A stretch of DNA of 49,857 bases from Barthelona sp. PAP020 (taxonomy: Eukaryota). Below the pieces are notes generated by a model. That model made no database searches, had not been told where the DNA came from, and was given only the letters and a program-made list of their open reading frames with translations. A program made the translations under genes and the position numbers. Position 1 is the first letter of the stretch. The number at the start of each line of letters is the position of its first letter. Location of the stretch: the NCBI GenBank assembly GCA_040182905.1, contig JARQWU010000045.1, positions 1-49,857 on the forward strand, written 5' to 3'. This document shows, in pieces, positions 19,950 through 28,888 of this stretch.

Positions 19950-22900
19950 TTAATTGTAGAAGGACCGTAAAAGCTCTACAATTTGAGCATGACCGTTGGT
20001 TCGGGCAATATCTATTGGTGTCAATCCTTGTTCAGTTTTGAGGTTGACATTGGCTTTATGATACAAGAGCATTTTAGCAACATCAACATGACCTTCTTGA
20101 CAACTAATATACAATGGCGAGCAACCATCTTTATCACATTGATTGGCATCAACCCCATGATCCTCTAAGAGCATTTTAGCAACATCAACATGACCTTCTT
20201 GACAACTAATATGCAATGGATAACGACCATTTTTATCACATTGATTGGCATCAACCCCATGATCCTTCAATAGCATTTTGACAACATCAACATGACCTTC
20301 TTGACAACTAACGAACAATGGAGATTGACCATCTTTATCACATTGATTGGCATCAACCCCATGATCCTCCAATATCATTTTGGCAACATCAACATGACCT
20401 TCTTGACAACTAATATGCAATGGATAACGACCATCTTTATCACATTGATTGGCATCAACCCCATGATCCCTTAATAGCATTTTGACAACATCAACATGAC
20501 CTTCTTGACAACTAACGAACAATGGAGATTGACCACATTTATCACATTGATTGGCATCAACCCCATGATCCTCCAATAGCATTTTTGCAACATCAAGATG
20601 ACCTTCTTGACAACTAATATACAATGGAGACCAACCATCTTTATCACATTGATTGGCATCAACCCCATGATCCTCTAATAGCATTTTGGCAACATGAAGA
20701 TGACCATTTTGACAACTAACGAACAATGGAGAGCAACCATCTTTATCACATTGATTGGCATCTACCCCATAATCCTCCAATAGCATTTTGGCAACATCAA
20801 GATGACCATAATAACAACTGAAGAGCAGTGGAGAGTGACCACCTTTATCACATTGATTGGCATCAACCCCATGATCCTCTAATAGCATTTTGGCAACATG
20901 AAGATGACCTTTTTGACAACAAATATGCAATGCAGAGCGACCATCTTCATCACATTGATTGACATCAACACTATGATCCAACAGCATTTTGGCAACATCA
21001 AGATGACCTTCTTGACAACTAATATACAATGGATAGCGACCATAATTATCACATTGATTGACATCAACCCCATGATCCAAGAGCATTTTGGTAATATCAA
21101 GATGACCATTTTGACAACTAATGAACAATGGAGAAGTGCCATCATCTCTGCACAAATTAATATCTTCCCCAAGATCTACGAGCATTTTGGCGATATGAAC
21201 ATGACCACATTCACAACTCACAAATAATGGCGACTCATCATTGTTCATACATAATTTGACATTGGCACCACGGTTCAAAAGTAGCTTTGCAATATCAAAA
21301 TAACCTTGTTGACAAGTGATATACAATGGCGAAGTACCATTATTCGTACACAAATTAATATTTGCCCCATGATCCAAAAGCACTTTTGCAACATCAATAT
21401 GACCTTGTTGGCAACATAAAAATAATGCAGAAAAGCCATCACCACCACATTTATCGATATCAGCCTCATGACACAATAAAAACTTTACCAAATCAACACA
21501 ACCTTTAAAGCAACTAGCAACCAATGGTGATAAGCCATTTTTCACACACAAACTAATATCAGCACCCCATTTCAAAAGCATTTTAGCAAGATCCAAATGA
21601 CCTTCTTGACAACTGATGTAAAATGGTGAAGCCCCATCATTAGCACATTTGTTGATATCAGCTCCATAATCTAATAGCATAGTTGCCACATCAAGATGAC
21701 CTTGAAAACAACTAACACACAATGGAGAGTAACCATTTTTCATACACAAACTAGCATTAGCACCCCATTTCAAGAGCATTTTAGCAACATCAAAATGACC
21801 CTCTTGACAACTAATCAAAAATGGTGAAGCCCCATCATCACCACATTTATTGATATCAGCTCCATAATCCAATAGCATAGTTGCCACATCAAGATTGCCT
21901 GAAAGACAACTAACATACAATGGAGACATACCATTATTCCTACACAAATTAACATTAGCCCCATTATCCAACAGCATTTCGACAATCTCATCATGACCTT
22001 GAAAACAACTAACATACAATGGAGAGCAACCATTTTTCATACACAAACTAACATTAGCACCCCATTTCAAGAGCATTTTAGCAACATCAAAATGACCCTC
22101 TTGACAACTAATCAAAAATGGTGAAGCCCCATTATCAGCACATTTATTGATATCAGCTCCATAATCCAATAGCATTTCCACCATATCAAGATTGCCTGAA
22201 AGACAACATGCAAACAATGGACGGAGAACACCATCATCACATATGTTAACATCAGCACCATGATCCAAGAACATTTTTACAAGTGAAGAATAACCCCTTT
22301 TACAACATATTAACAATGGGGAAGCACCATTATATTGGCACAAATTAACATCAGCCCCATGATCCAAGAGCATTTTGGCAACATCAAGATGACCATTGTA
22401 ACAACTCATGTACAATGAAGAAGTTCCATCATGCACACACAAATTAACATCAGCCCCATGATTCAAGAGCATTTTGGCAACATCAAGATGACCATTCTGA
22501 CAACTCATGTACAATGGAGAAGTACCATTCTTATTACACAAATTAACATCAGTCCCATGATCCAAGAGCATTTTGACAACATCAAGATGACCATTGTAAC
22601 AACTGACAAGCAATGGAGAAGCATCATATTTATCACATTGATTAACATCAACTCTTTGATCCAAGAGCATTTTGACAATCTCTAAATAGCCCTTAAAACA
22701 ACTGATATACAACGGTGAAACCCCATTGATCGTGCATTTGTTGACATCAGCTCCTTTGTCCAAAAGCATTCTAACCACATCATTATGCCCATTTTCACAG
22801 GCAGTAAATAATGAACAAGCACCAGTATTCTTACAAAAGTTGATATCGACCTCAAAATCCAACAACATCTCCACAATATCACTATGACCACAAGAAGAAG

Positions 22901-24560
22901 CCTCCCAAAGAACGGTTTCACCCTCATTTCCAACCTTTATCCATTGTTTAACAACTTCCAATTTTCTATCACGCACACTATGATATATCGTATCTGTATT
23001 GCAATATTCGAAAAAATTATCTGGAACAATAACTTCATATAATCTATGTTTCATATAAGAATCAACAATGGCAGTAGGAACGATTTTCAAGTCAGCAATC
23101 AACCCATCGAGATACTCAACTATTTCTGAAAACATTGGTCTATTTTCGGGATCACGATTAAAACACTGAAACATAAAATTATATCCAATGGCCGATTCTA
23201 ATTCTTCGTGTTTAAAAGGCAATTCACCCTTATATAATTTTAGAGGAATTACACGATCAGAAATTCCTTCAAAAGGCTTGAACATTGTCATCACTTCAAA
23301 GTAAGTTGTTGCAAATGCCCAGCAATCAATACCAGGATGAGCAAAAATTTCATTGTTTACCAATTCAGGAGGCATATAACAAATGGTTCCTGTCTTAGAC
23401 ATCCTACTGTTTCTTTCAAAAGAACGAACAAGACCAAAATCGCACAGAGCAGTTGTTCCATCCTTTCTGATCAAAACATTCTTTGGATTGATATCTCGAT
23501 GAATTACACCTTTACTATGACAAAATTCAAGTGCAGAAGACAGTTGTAACATACTGATTAATCTCTCAAGAACAGTCATTTCAGCCATTCTTTTACTCAA
23601 TGTATATGGGCAATATTCCATCACAATTCCCCAATGATTTTTATCATTTTTACCTTTCCATTTCTTACATGTCATACCATACACTTTGCAAATGAATTGA
23701 TGAGGAAATTTTACAGCAATACATTCACCTTTCACTTCTTTTTTAGTTGAAGTATTGATAAATTTTATAGCAACATCGGAGTGCTGATGTTGACCAAAAT
23801 AAACTGTGCCATAACTACCGGATCCCAATTCCCTTTCTTCATTTAACAGTTCATAATCTATAAATGGAACCTTAAACGCAGAACTGACGAGTTTCTGTTC
23901 AAATTCATTCATTTTTTGTTGCAACTCTTCCATCTTTTTCTTACGTTCTAAAGGATCCATTTTCGACATTTCATTCATTTGCAGATTTTGTTTTGAATGG
24001 AAAATTTCATCCATATTGAATATATGCTTGTTTATTTTGTCATAAATATTGGCAGGAAGTGGTGAAATGGAGAAAGACTTTCCACTTGACATATTATTCA
24101 AATTCTTATTTAAATTCACAGCCAAATTCTTGTTTAAATCATCAAGCTTATGGTGCAAACAAATTAAATCCTCGAAATAACTTGCATGAACAAATTTTCC
24201 AAATAAACTAACACAAATTCGATTTTCAATTAATTCCATAACTTCTTTAAAACATTCGGAAAACTGATTCAAATATTTTTCGAATCCAATATTTGTCCAA
24301 TTTTGTGTCAATATTTCTTCAAAACTGCCCAAAAACCAAAGCATTCTGAAATATAAAATTAAAACATCTTTTTCCACTTTTTTAACATTAGTAAATCCAA
24401 TTCGAAGCTCTTTTGCAACGTTTAAAATCGATACATTGTGTTGAGAAAGAGACATAAAGATTAAATCAAAATCTACCCCTTCAATGAACTCTTGAAAGTC
24501 AGCAAAATCGTCGAAAGTATCTAAAAGTGACGTTTGGTAGTTTTTTAGAGCATTTGACAT
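19950..24560 (-). CDS. Protein kinase (TKL-like) with about 29 C-terminal ankyrin repeats; probable ATG at 24560 (MSNALKNY)
   Basis: LGSGSYGTV, VAIK, HRDINPKN, DFG, GTICYMPPE, DCWAF and RP, followed by repeats of the form G-x-SPL-x-x-SC-x-x-GH-x-DVAKMLL-x-x-G-A-D-V-N. Confidence 0.92.
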   Translation of the reverse strand: MSNALKNYQTSLLDTFDDFADFQEFIEGVDFDLIFMSLSQHNVSILNVAKELRIGFTNVKKVEKDVLILYFRMLWFLGSFEEILTQNWTNIGFEKYLNQFSECFKEVMELIENRICVSLFGKFVHASYFEDLICLHHKLDDLNKNLAVNLNKNLNNMSSGKSFSISPLPANIYDKINKHIFNMDEIFHSKQNLQMNEMSKMDPLERKKKMEELQQKMNEFEQKLVSSAFKVPFIDYELLNEERELGSGSYGTVYFGQHQHSDVAIKFINTSTKKEVKGECIAVKFPHQFICKVYGMTCKKWKGKNDKNHWGIVMEYCPYTLSKRMAEMTVLERLISMLQLSSALEFCHSKGVIHRDINPKNVLIRKDGTTALCDFGLVRSFERNSRMSKTGTICYMPPELVNNEIFAHPGIDCWAFATTYFEVMTMFKPFEGISDRVIPLKLYKGELPFKHEELESAIGYNFMFQCFNRDPENRPMFSEIVEYLDGLIADLKIVPTAIVDSYMKHRLYEVIVPDNFFEYCNTDTIYHSVRDRKLEVVKQWIKVGNEGETVLWEASSCGHSDIVEMLLDFEVDINFCKNTGACSLFTACENGHNDVVRMLLDKGADVNKCTINGVSPLYISCFKGYLEIVKMLLDQRVDVNQCDKYDASPLLVSCYNGHLDVVKMLLDHGTDVNLCNKNGTSPLYMSCQNGHLDVAKMLLNHGADVNLCVHDGTSSLYMSCYNGHLDVAKMLLDHGADVNLCQYNGASPLLICCKRGYSSLVKMFLDHGADVNICDDGVLRPLFACCLSGNLDMVEMLLDYGADINKCADNGASPFLISCQEGHFDVAKMLLKWGANVSLCMKNGCSPLYVSCFQGHDEIVEMLLDNGANVNLCRNNGMSPLYVSCLSGNLDVATMLLDYGADINKCGDDGASPFLISCQEGHFDVAKMLLKWGANASLCMKNGYSPLCVSCFQGHLDVATMLLDYGADINKCANDGASPFYISCQEGHLDLAKMLLKWGADISLCVKNGLSPLVASCFKGCVDLVKFLLCHEADIDKCGGDGFSALFLCCQQGHIDVAKVLLDHGANINLCTNNGTSPLYITCQQGYFDIAKLLLNRGANVKLCMNNDESPLFVSCECGHVHIAKMLVDLGEDINLCRDDGTSPLFISCQNGHLDITKMLLDHGVDVNQCDNYGRYPLYISCQEGHLDVAKMLLDHSVDVNQCDEDGRSALHICCQKGHLHVAKMLLEDHGVDANQCDKGGHSPLLFSCYYGHLDVAKMLLEDYGVDANQCDKDGCSPLFVSCQNGHLHVAKMLLEDHGVDANQCDKDGWSPLYISCQEGHLDVAKMLLEDHGVDANQCDKCGQSPLFVSCQEGHVDVVKMLLRDHGVDANQCDKDGRYPLHISCQEGHVDVAKMILEDHGVDANQCDKDGQSPLFVSCQEGHVDVVKMLLKDHGVDANQCDKNGRYPLHISCQEGHVDVAKMLLEDHGVDANQCDKDGCSPLYISCQEGHVDVAKMLLYHKANVNLKTEQGLTPIDIARTNGHAQIVELLRSFYN
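20069..20884 (-). repeat. Eight near-identical 102-nt tandem units encoding 34-aa ankyrin repeats
   Basis: The (G/T)CATTTT..CAACAT anchor recurs at 20069, 20171, 20273, 20375, 20477, 20579, 20681, 20783 and 20885; the period then changes to 99 nt. Confidence 0.92.
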
Positions 24561-25260
24561 CAAGAATGATGAAATAAAAAAAAGATTTTCTTCTTTCTTC
24601 AATCCAGTTTAATGTTTCATTTTTAAATCACTGAATAACAATTTCTTACTCTTTTTACAAGCATTTTAGCATTTCTAGGAGTTTTTGATTGTGATAATTA
24701 GGTTAAATAACATAAATTCGCAGATTGAAATTGTGAATTGCCATTTGAGATTTCTTGAATTATATATCTTTCAGTTAATACTCTTAATTTGTTACTTTTC
24801 AAATAATTTTCAAAAAATCACAGATTCTTCCAAAATAATCTCTGAACAGAGGCTGCAAACAAGTGAATTGAAATAAAAATGAAATTCTTTAGTAACTGAC
24901 AATGAACAGGTTGAATCAGAGCTTTAGAAATTCAAATATTCTTTGTGAAAGATAACCGCGGCTATTGCTTCTGGCACCATTAATATCATTCTTTTTTGGC
25001 ATGCTCAAGCTAAAAATCCATAACAAAATGACAAAGTGGGAGACCCTTTTTTACTTGAACCCGTGTAAAATTTTAAAAATCTGTGATCTCACACTTCTTT
25101 CATGGAAGACTGAAAGAAGTTTATTGCATGACCACAAAACCCGTTATCATTGAAACTATCAACAAAAGAAGGTAAATACCCGGTCAAAACAAAGTTCTTT
25201 TCAATTCATTAGTGGTAAAAATCAATAAATTAAATTTACATTGAAATTCTCAAAAATTTT

Positions 25261-25577
25261 TAATTATTTCTAAGCCAAGAAGCACTGTGCGTATGAGTGA
25301 ATAAAAAAGAATAGTGTTTATTTGGTTGAAGGCTTTCGAGGCCCGATTGATCTGTTGAAAAACTTTTGATTTTCTAAGGTAAAGTTTAAACTTTAAAATT
25401 TTGCTTTCGCAAAAATACAAAAAAATAGGAATGGAAAATTTTTCCAAAATTTTCATACTTGATGAGCAAGATTCAATTGCAGCCACTCATTCTCTGTGGC
25501 TGAGATTTAATGAAATGAGTTTTCTCTGATTACTTTTTCTTTGTAAATAAATATAGTTGTTTCACAACTTGACCAAT
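25261..25577 (-). repeat. Dispersed repeat, copy 2 (inverted partner of 19377-19702)
   Basis: Reverse-complement match to copy 1; the two spurious ORFs over these copies also share IPIFLYFC and QQINRASKAFNQINTIL. Confidence 0.9.
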
Positions 25578-25780
25578 TCAATATCCAATTCTTCAGATTT
25601 TAGCACAAGCAGCCAAAATGAAATCAGTGATTTCATTCATTATTGAATTTTCATTGAGTAATTTTCCCGATTTTAAATCACCATTTATGATTAGAATACT
25701 CGATTTTGTTTTTGAATTGCTTTTAGGAGGACCCAAAACTCTGTCAAAAGCCAAGCTCTTCTGTATCACTGTGTCACTTA

Positions 25781-25955
25781 CCAAGAAGCACTAGGAGATG
25801 AGTGAATGACAAATATGAGTGTTTAATTGGCTGGAGGCTTTCGAAGGCAGATTGATTGGCTGAAACTTTTAATAATAAGTGAAACTGAAACTTTATAATT
25901 AGTTTAAAGTAAAAAACAAGAATTAGAAAATTTCTCCCGAGTTTTCACACTTGAA
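25781..25955 (-). repeat. Dispersed repeat, copy 3 (partial, more diverged; same orientation as copy 2)
   Basis: CCAAGAAGCACT..ATGAGTGAAT..AGTGTTTA.TTGG.TG.AGGCTTTCGA.G...GATTGAT..and TTTTCA.ACTTGA match 25275-25465. Confidence 0.75.
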
Positions 25956-26820
25956 TGTCTTTATTAAATTTTAATCCTTTGAGTTTTGTCTGAAATTTGC
26001 TAGAATGGGTGAATAATTGTGGTTGTTTCACTACTCGACCAATTCTCTTTTGTTCATTTATATGAACTGTTCTTCTTGGTTTGGAAAGAGTTTTTGATTT
26101 TTTTTTCTTTTTGTTTTTTTCATAAAAATTCCTTTCTTTTAAATTTAAGGCACAAAAAATAAATGGATGTAACATGTATCTTTATGTTTGAAAATTAAGG
26201 ATGAACATTTTGCACAGTTTTTCAAGTCATTCTTTTGTTTCCTTTTTAAAAAAGATTCGGAGTTTGGAATTTCAATACACTGGCTTAGTGCTTCAGGATA
26301 TCAATAAAATAAATATTTAAAGCATTTCTTTCCATTTATTATATGCATGAGATTTCTTGGCCTCGACTTGTTGATACAAAAAATAGTCCTTGTAAAAAAG
26401 CTTTTCATATTTTTGCAAAAAAGAAAGGAAAATGAAAATGAAGGAACATTCTTTGCTTCTAACGAAAAAAAAATTTTCCTTCTTTTCATAAACCTTAATC
26501 TTCGCAATTTTTGATCTCCTTCTGAAAAAAACTTTTTTCCAAAATCAAAAAAAAGACCATTATCAGGAAAGAAATTCGCTGATACTATTCTTCTTTCAAC
26601 CATTTTCAACTTGTGATCACAAACAAAAAAAAATAGGCCAAAAATTTTACAAAAAAAAGGGAAAAGAATGAAAAATATGATTGTAACTTCAGTGAAAACT
26701 AAAAAAACACAATACAGGTAAATACAAGTGGATAAATGAATAAATTATGGAATAAATTGAGAAATTTAGTCATGTTCAGGGCTTTTATAGCTTTTTCGAA
26801 TTTCAAAAATTTTTTTTCAT

Positions 26821-27258
26821 CTATCCAAAACGAATATCTGTTTCATAAGTAGCATCAAGACTGTCGTTAGCGATTTTTAGACCAGATAAAATTGTGTCAT
26901 TCTTCAATTTGTAAGAATTAACTTGGGCTCGCGATTTCAATTTTTCTCGTTTCAATTCTTTTTGAATCAATAAGGTTCTAGCTTTTCTTAATTTTTCCTT
27001 TTCATTTTGATCCTTTAAATAAACCTTTTTGTAATGGTTATCCGAATTTTGTTCCATCAATCTAAATAAATCTCTTTCCAATTCTTCTTCCTGATTTAAA
27101 CTCCTATTGTTGACAATAGGGGAAGGAGGATTAGTTATTTTTTGATTATTGGATTTTGCAATCTTTAAAATCTTTTTTGGTGGAGGTGAAGGAAAAACAT
27201 GTTCAATCACTCTTTTGGTATGTCTTGAATACTTTGGACTTAAATTTAATAAACTCAT
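26821..27258 (-). CDS. Hypothetical basic protein (~145 aa; probable start MSLLNLSPKY at 27258)
   Basis: Open frame with a coiled-coil-like C-terminal half, head-to-head with the flavodoxin-PFLA gene; no domain recognised. Confidence 0.6.
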   Translation of the reverse strand: MSLLNLSPKYSRHTKRVIEHVFPSPPPKKILKIAKSNNQKITNPPSPIVNNRSLNQEEELERDLFRLMEQNSDNHYKKVYLKDQNEKEKLRKARTLLIQKELKREKLKSRAQVNSYKLKNDTILSGLKIANDSLDATYETDIRFG

Positions 27259-27364
27259 ATCAATGATTCTGATTGATTGAATTGTGTGGACAAAACGAGA
27301 TTGGAGATTGTTCGAAAAAAAAATTTCTTTATTCATTTTTTTTTACAATTATCTGTATTAATTG

Positions 27365-28687
27365 ATGAATTATCGTCCTTTTGTTCCAATTTATTTTGCC
27401 ACAAGAAGTGGAAGTTCAAAAAAAGTTGCAAGGATAATCAATGCTCAATTATCCCATTTCAATATCAACCCTGCTCTTTTGGATTTGAAAGACACATGTT
27501 TCGTTCCACCTCAACCTTTAATTATTTTTGTTATTCCTTCTTATGGCAAGGATAAACCACCTCAAACTGCGGAACAGTTTTATGAAAATATTTTCAGTGA
27601 GAATTGTCCTCGTTATGATGGTATTCAAGTTGCAATTTTCGGTATTGGTTCTTCTAACTATGTTAATACCCCTAATTGTGTTGCAGTTGACTTGATGCAA
27701 AGATTTATTGATTTAGGAGCATCAAATTGCATTCCTGTTGGTTTTGGCGATCGTAAAAAGGGCAAAGGTTTATATAATGAGGATTTGAGCACTTGGTTAA
27801 TCACTCTCTTTGAGAAAATGCAAACAAATTTTTTTAATATTGAAGAAAATGTTAATACAGCCCTTTCATTTAACAAAGAAGTCTTTGAAAATGATGTAGC
27901 CATGGAAGATGATGAGTCATATTGGGATCCCGCAACATTGAAAGATGATGAACCTGGTTTTATTCATTCCGTTGAATCTTTTAGTGGTTGTGATGGAGAA
28001 GGAGTTAGATATCTTGTTTTCCTTCAAGGTTGTCGTCTTAGATGTCTTTATTGTTGTAATCCTGATACTTGGTGTTTGCAGGCAAAAGGACAATTATCAA
28101 CACCTGCAAATATTCAAATAGGTAAAATTGTTCGCGCCAAGCCTTTTTGGAGACATGGTGGTGGTGTTACTTTATCCGGTGGAGATCCTCTATTACAACC
28201 TCGTTTTACTGCTTCTTTACTCAAACAATGCAAGGAAAACGATATAAATACCTGTTTAGAAGTTACAGGTGATGTTATTGATTCTAGAGTGCTAGATCTT
28301 GTTTTACCATTTTTGGATACGGCTATTATTTGTTTCAAAGGTATGACTGCAGAATCATATTCAAAAATTACTCGTGGAGGATCTTTGAATGTTGCTCTTT
28401 CTTTTTTGCATGAGTGTATTAAAAGAAATGTGAAAGTGTGGATTACTTATGTTCTTGTTCCAGGTTATACTGATACAGATGAAGAAATTTCTCTTTTATG
28501 TGATTTTGTGTCACATTATTCAACATATATTGAACGTATTGAGTTACTCCCTTATCATAATCTTGGAGATTTCAAATGGGAGAACATGGGTTTAAAGAAT
28601 GAACTGGGAGATCTTAAATTAGACAGAGAACGCATTCAGTTGATTCTTAACAATTTAAAAAAGCATCATAATAATGTTCTTGTTTAA
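27365..28687 (+). CDS. pflA: Flavodoxin - pyruvate formate-lyase activating enzyme (glycyl-radical activase, radical SAM) fusion
   Basis: N-terminal flavodoxin motifs IYFATRSGSSKKVA, IFVIPSYG, AIFGIGSSNY and GFGD. C-terminal GFIHSVESFSGCDGEGVRYLVFLQGCRLRCLYCCNPDTW (CxxxCxxC), GGGVTLSGGDPLLQ, YVLVPGYTD and IELLPYHNLGDFKW, all PflA-like. Confidence 0.92.
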   Translation: MNYRPFVPIYFATRSGSSKKVARIINAQLSHFNINPALLDLKDTCFVPPQPLIIFVIPSYGKDKPPQTAEQFYENIFSENCPRYDGIQVAIFGIGSSNYVNTPNCVAVDLMQRFIDLGASNCIPVGFGDRKKGKGLYNEDLSTWLITLFEKMQTNFFNIEENVNTALSFNKEVFENDVAMEDDESYWDPATLKDDEPGFIHSVESFSGCDGEGVRYLVFLQGCRLRCLYCCNPDTWCLQAKGQLSTPANIQIGKIVRAKPFWRHGGGVTLSGGDPLLQPRFTASLLKQCKENDINTCLEVTGDVIDSRVLDLVLPFLDTAIICFKGMTAESYSKITRGGSLNVALSFLHECIKRNVKVWITYVLVPGYTDTDEEISLLCDFVSHYSTYIERIELLPYHNLGDFKWENMGLKNELGDLKLDRERIQLILNNLKKHHNNVLV

Positions 28688-28888
28688 TTAGAAAGAGTTC
28701 TTTTTTGAAAGTATAAATATTTAATTTGATTCATTTTTTATCAAGATTTTGCAATTAATTCTTTTTAAATTGTGAATTTAATTGTGATAAATTTATTCAA
28801 AACGTAAAATTGTCTGTTGAAGAGAGAAAAAAAAATTGTACAACCATCAAAGAAATTTTTCCATTTAAATGTGTTGGTTGTTAATAAT

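Noticed and set aside
20069..20884. Regularly spaced repeats resembling a CRISPR array
   Set aside because: They are in-frame 102-nt ankyrin-coding units without unique spacers, the context is eukaryotic and there are no cas genes.
14983..22900. Diversity-generating retroelement (RT next to variable repeats)
   Set aside because: The RT is DIRS-type with RNase H and a recombinase, no non-coding template repeat was found, and differences between ankyrin units are not evidently adenine-specific.
25593..26609. Short ORFs at 25593-25784, 25945-26175 and 26301-26609
   Set aside because: They are low-complexity K/F-rich translations of poly-A/T tracts with no motifs.
27365..28687. TYW1 (flavodoxin plus radical SAM wybutosine enzyme)
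   Set aside because: The radical-SAM half has PflA signatures (HSVESF..DG.G.R...FLQGC..RC.YC.NPDTW, LLPYH), not TYW1 motifs.
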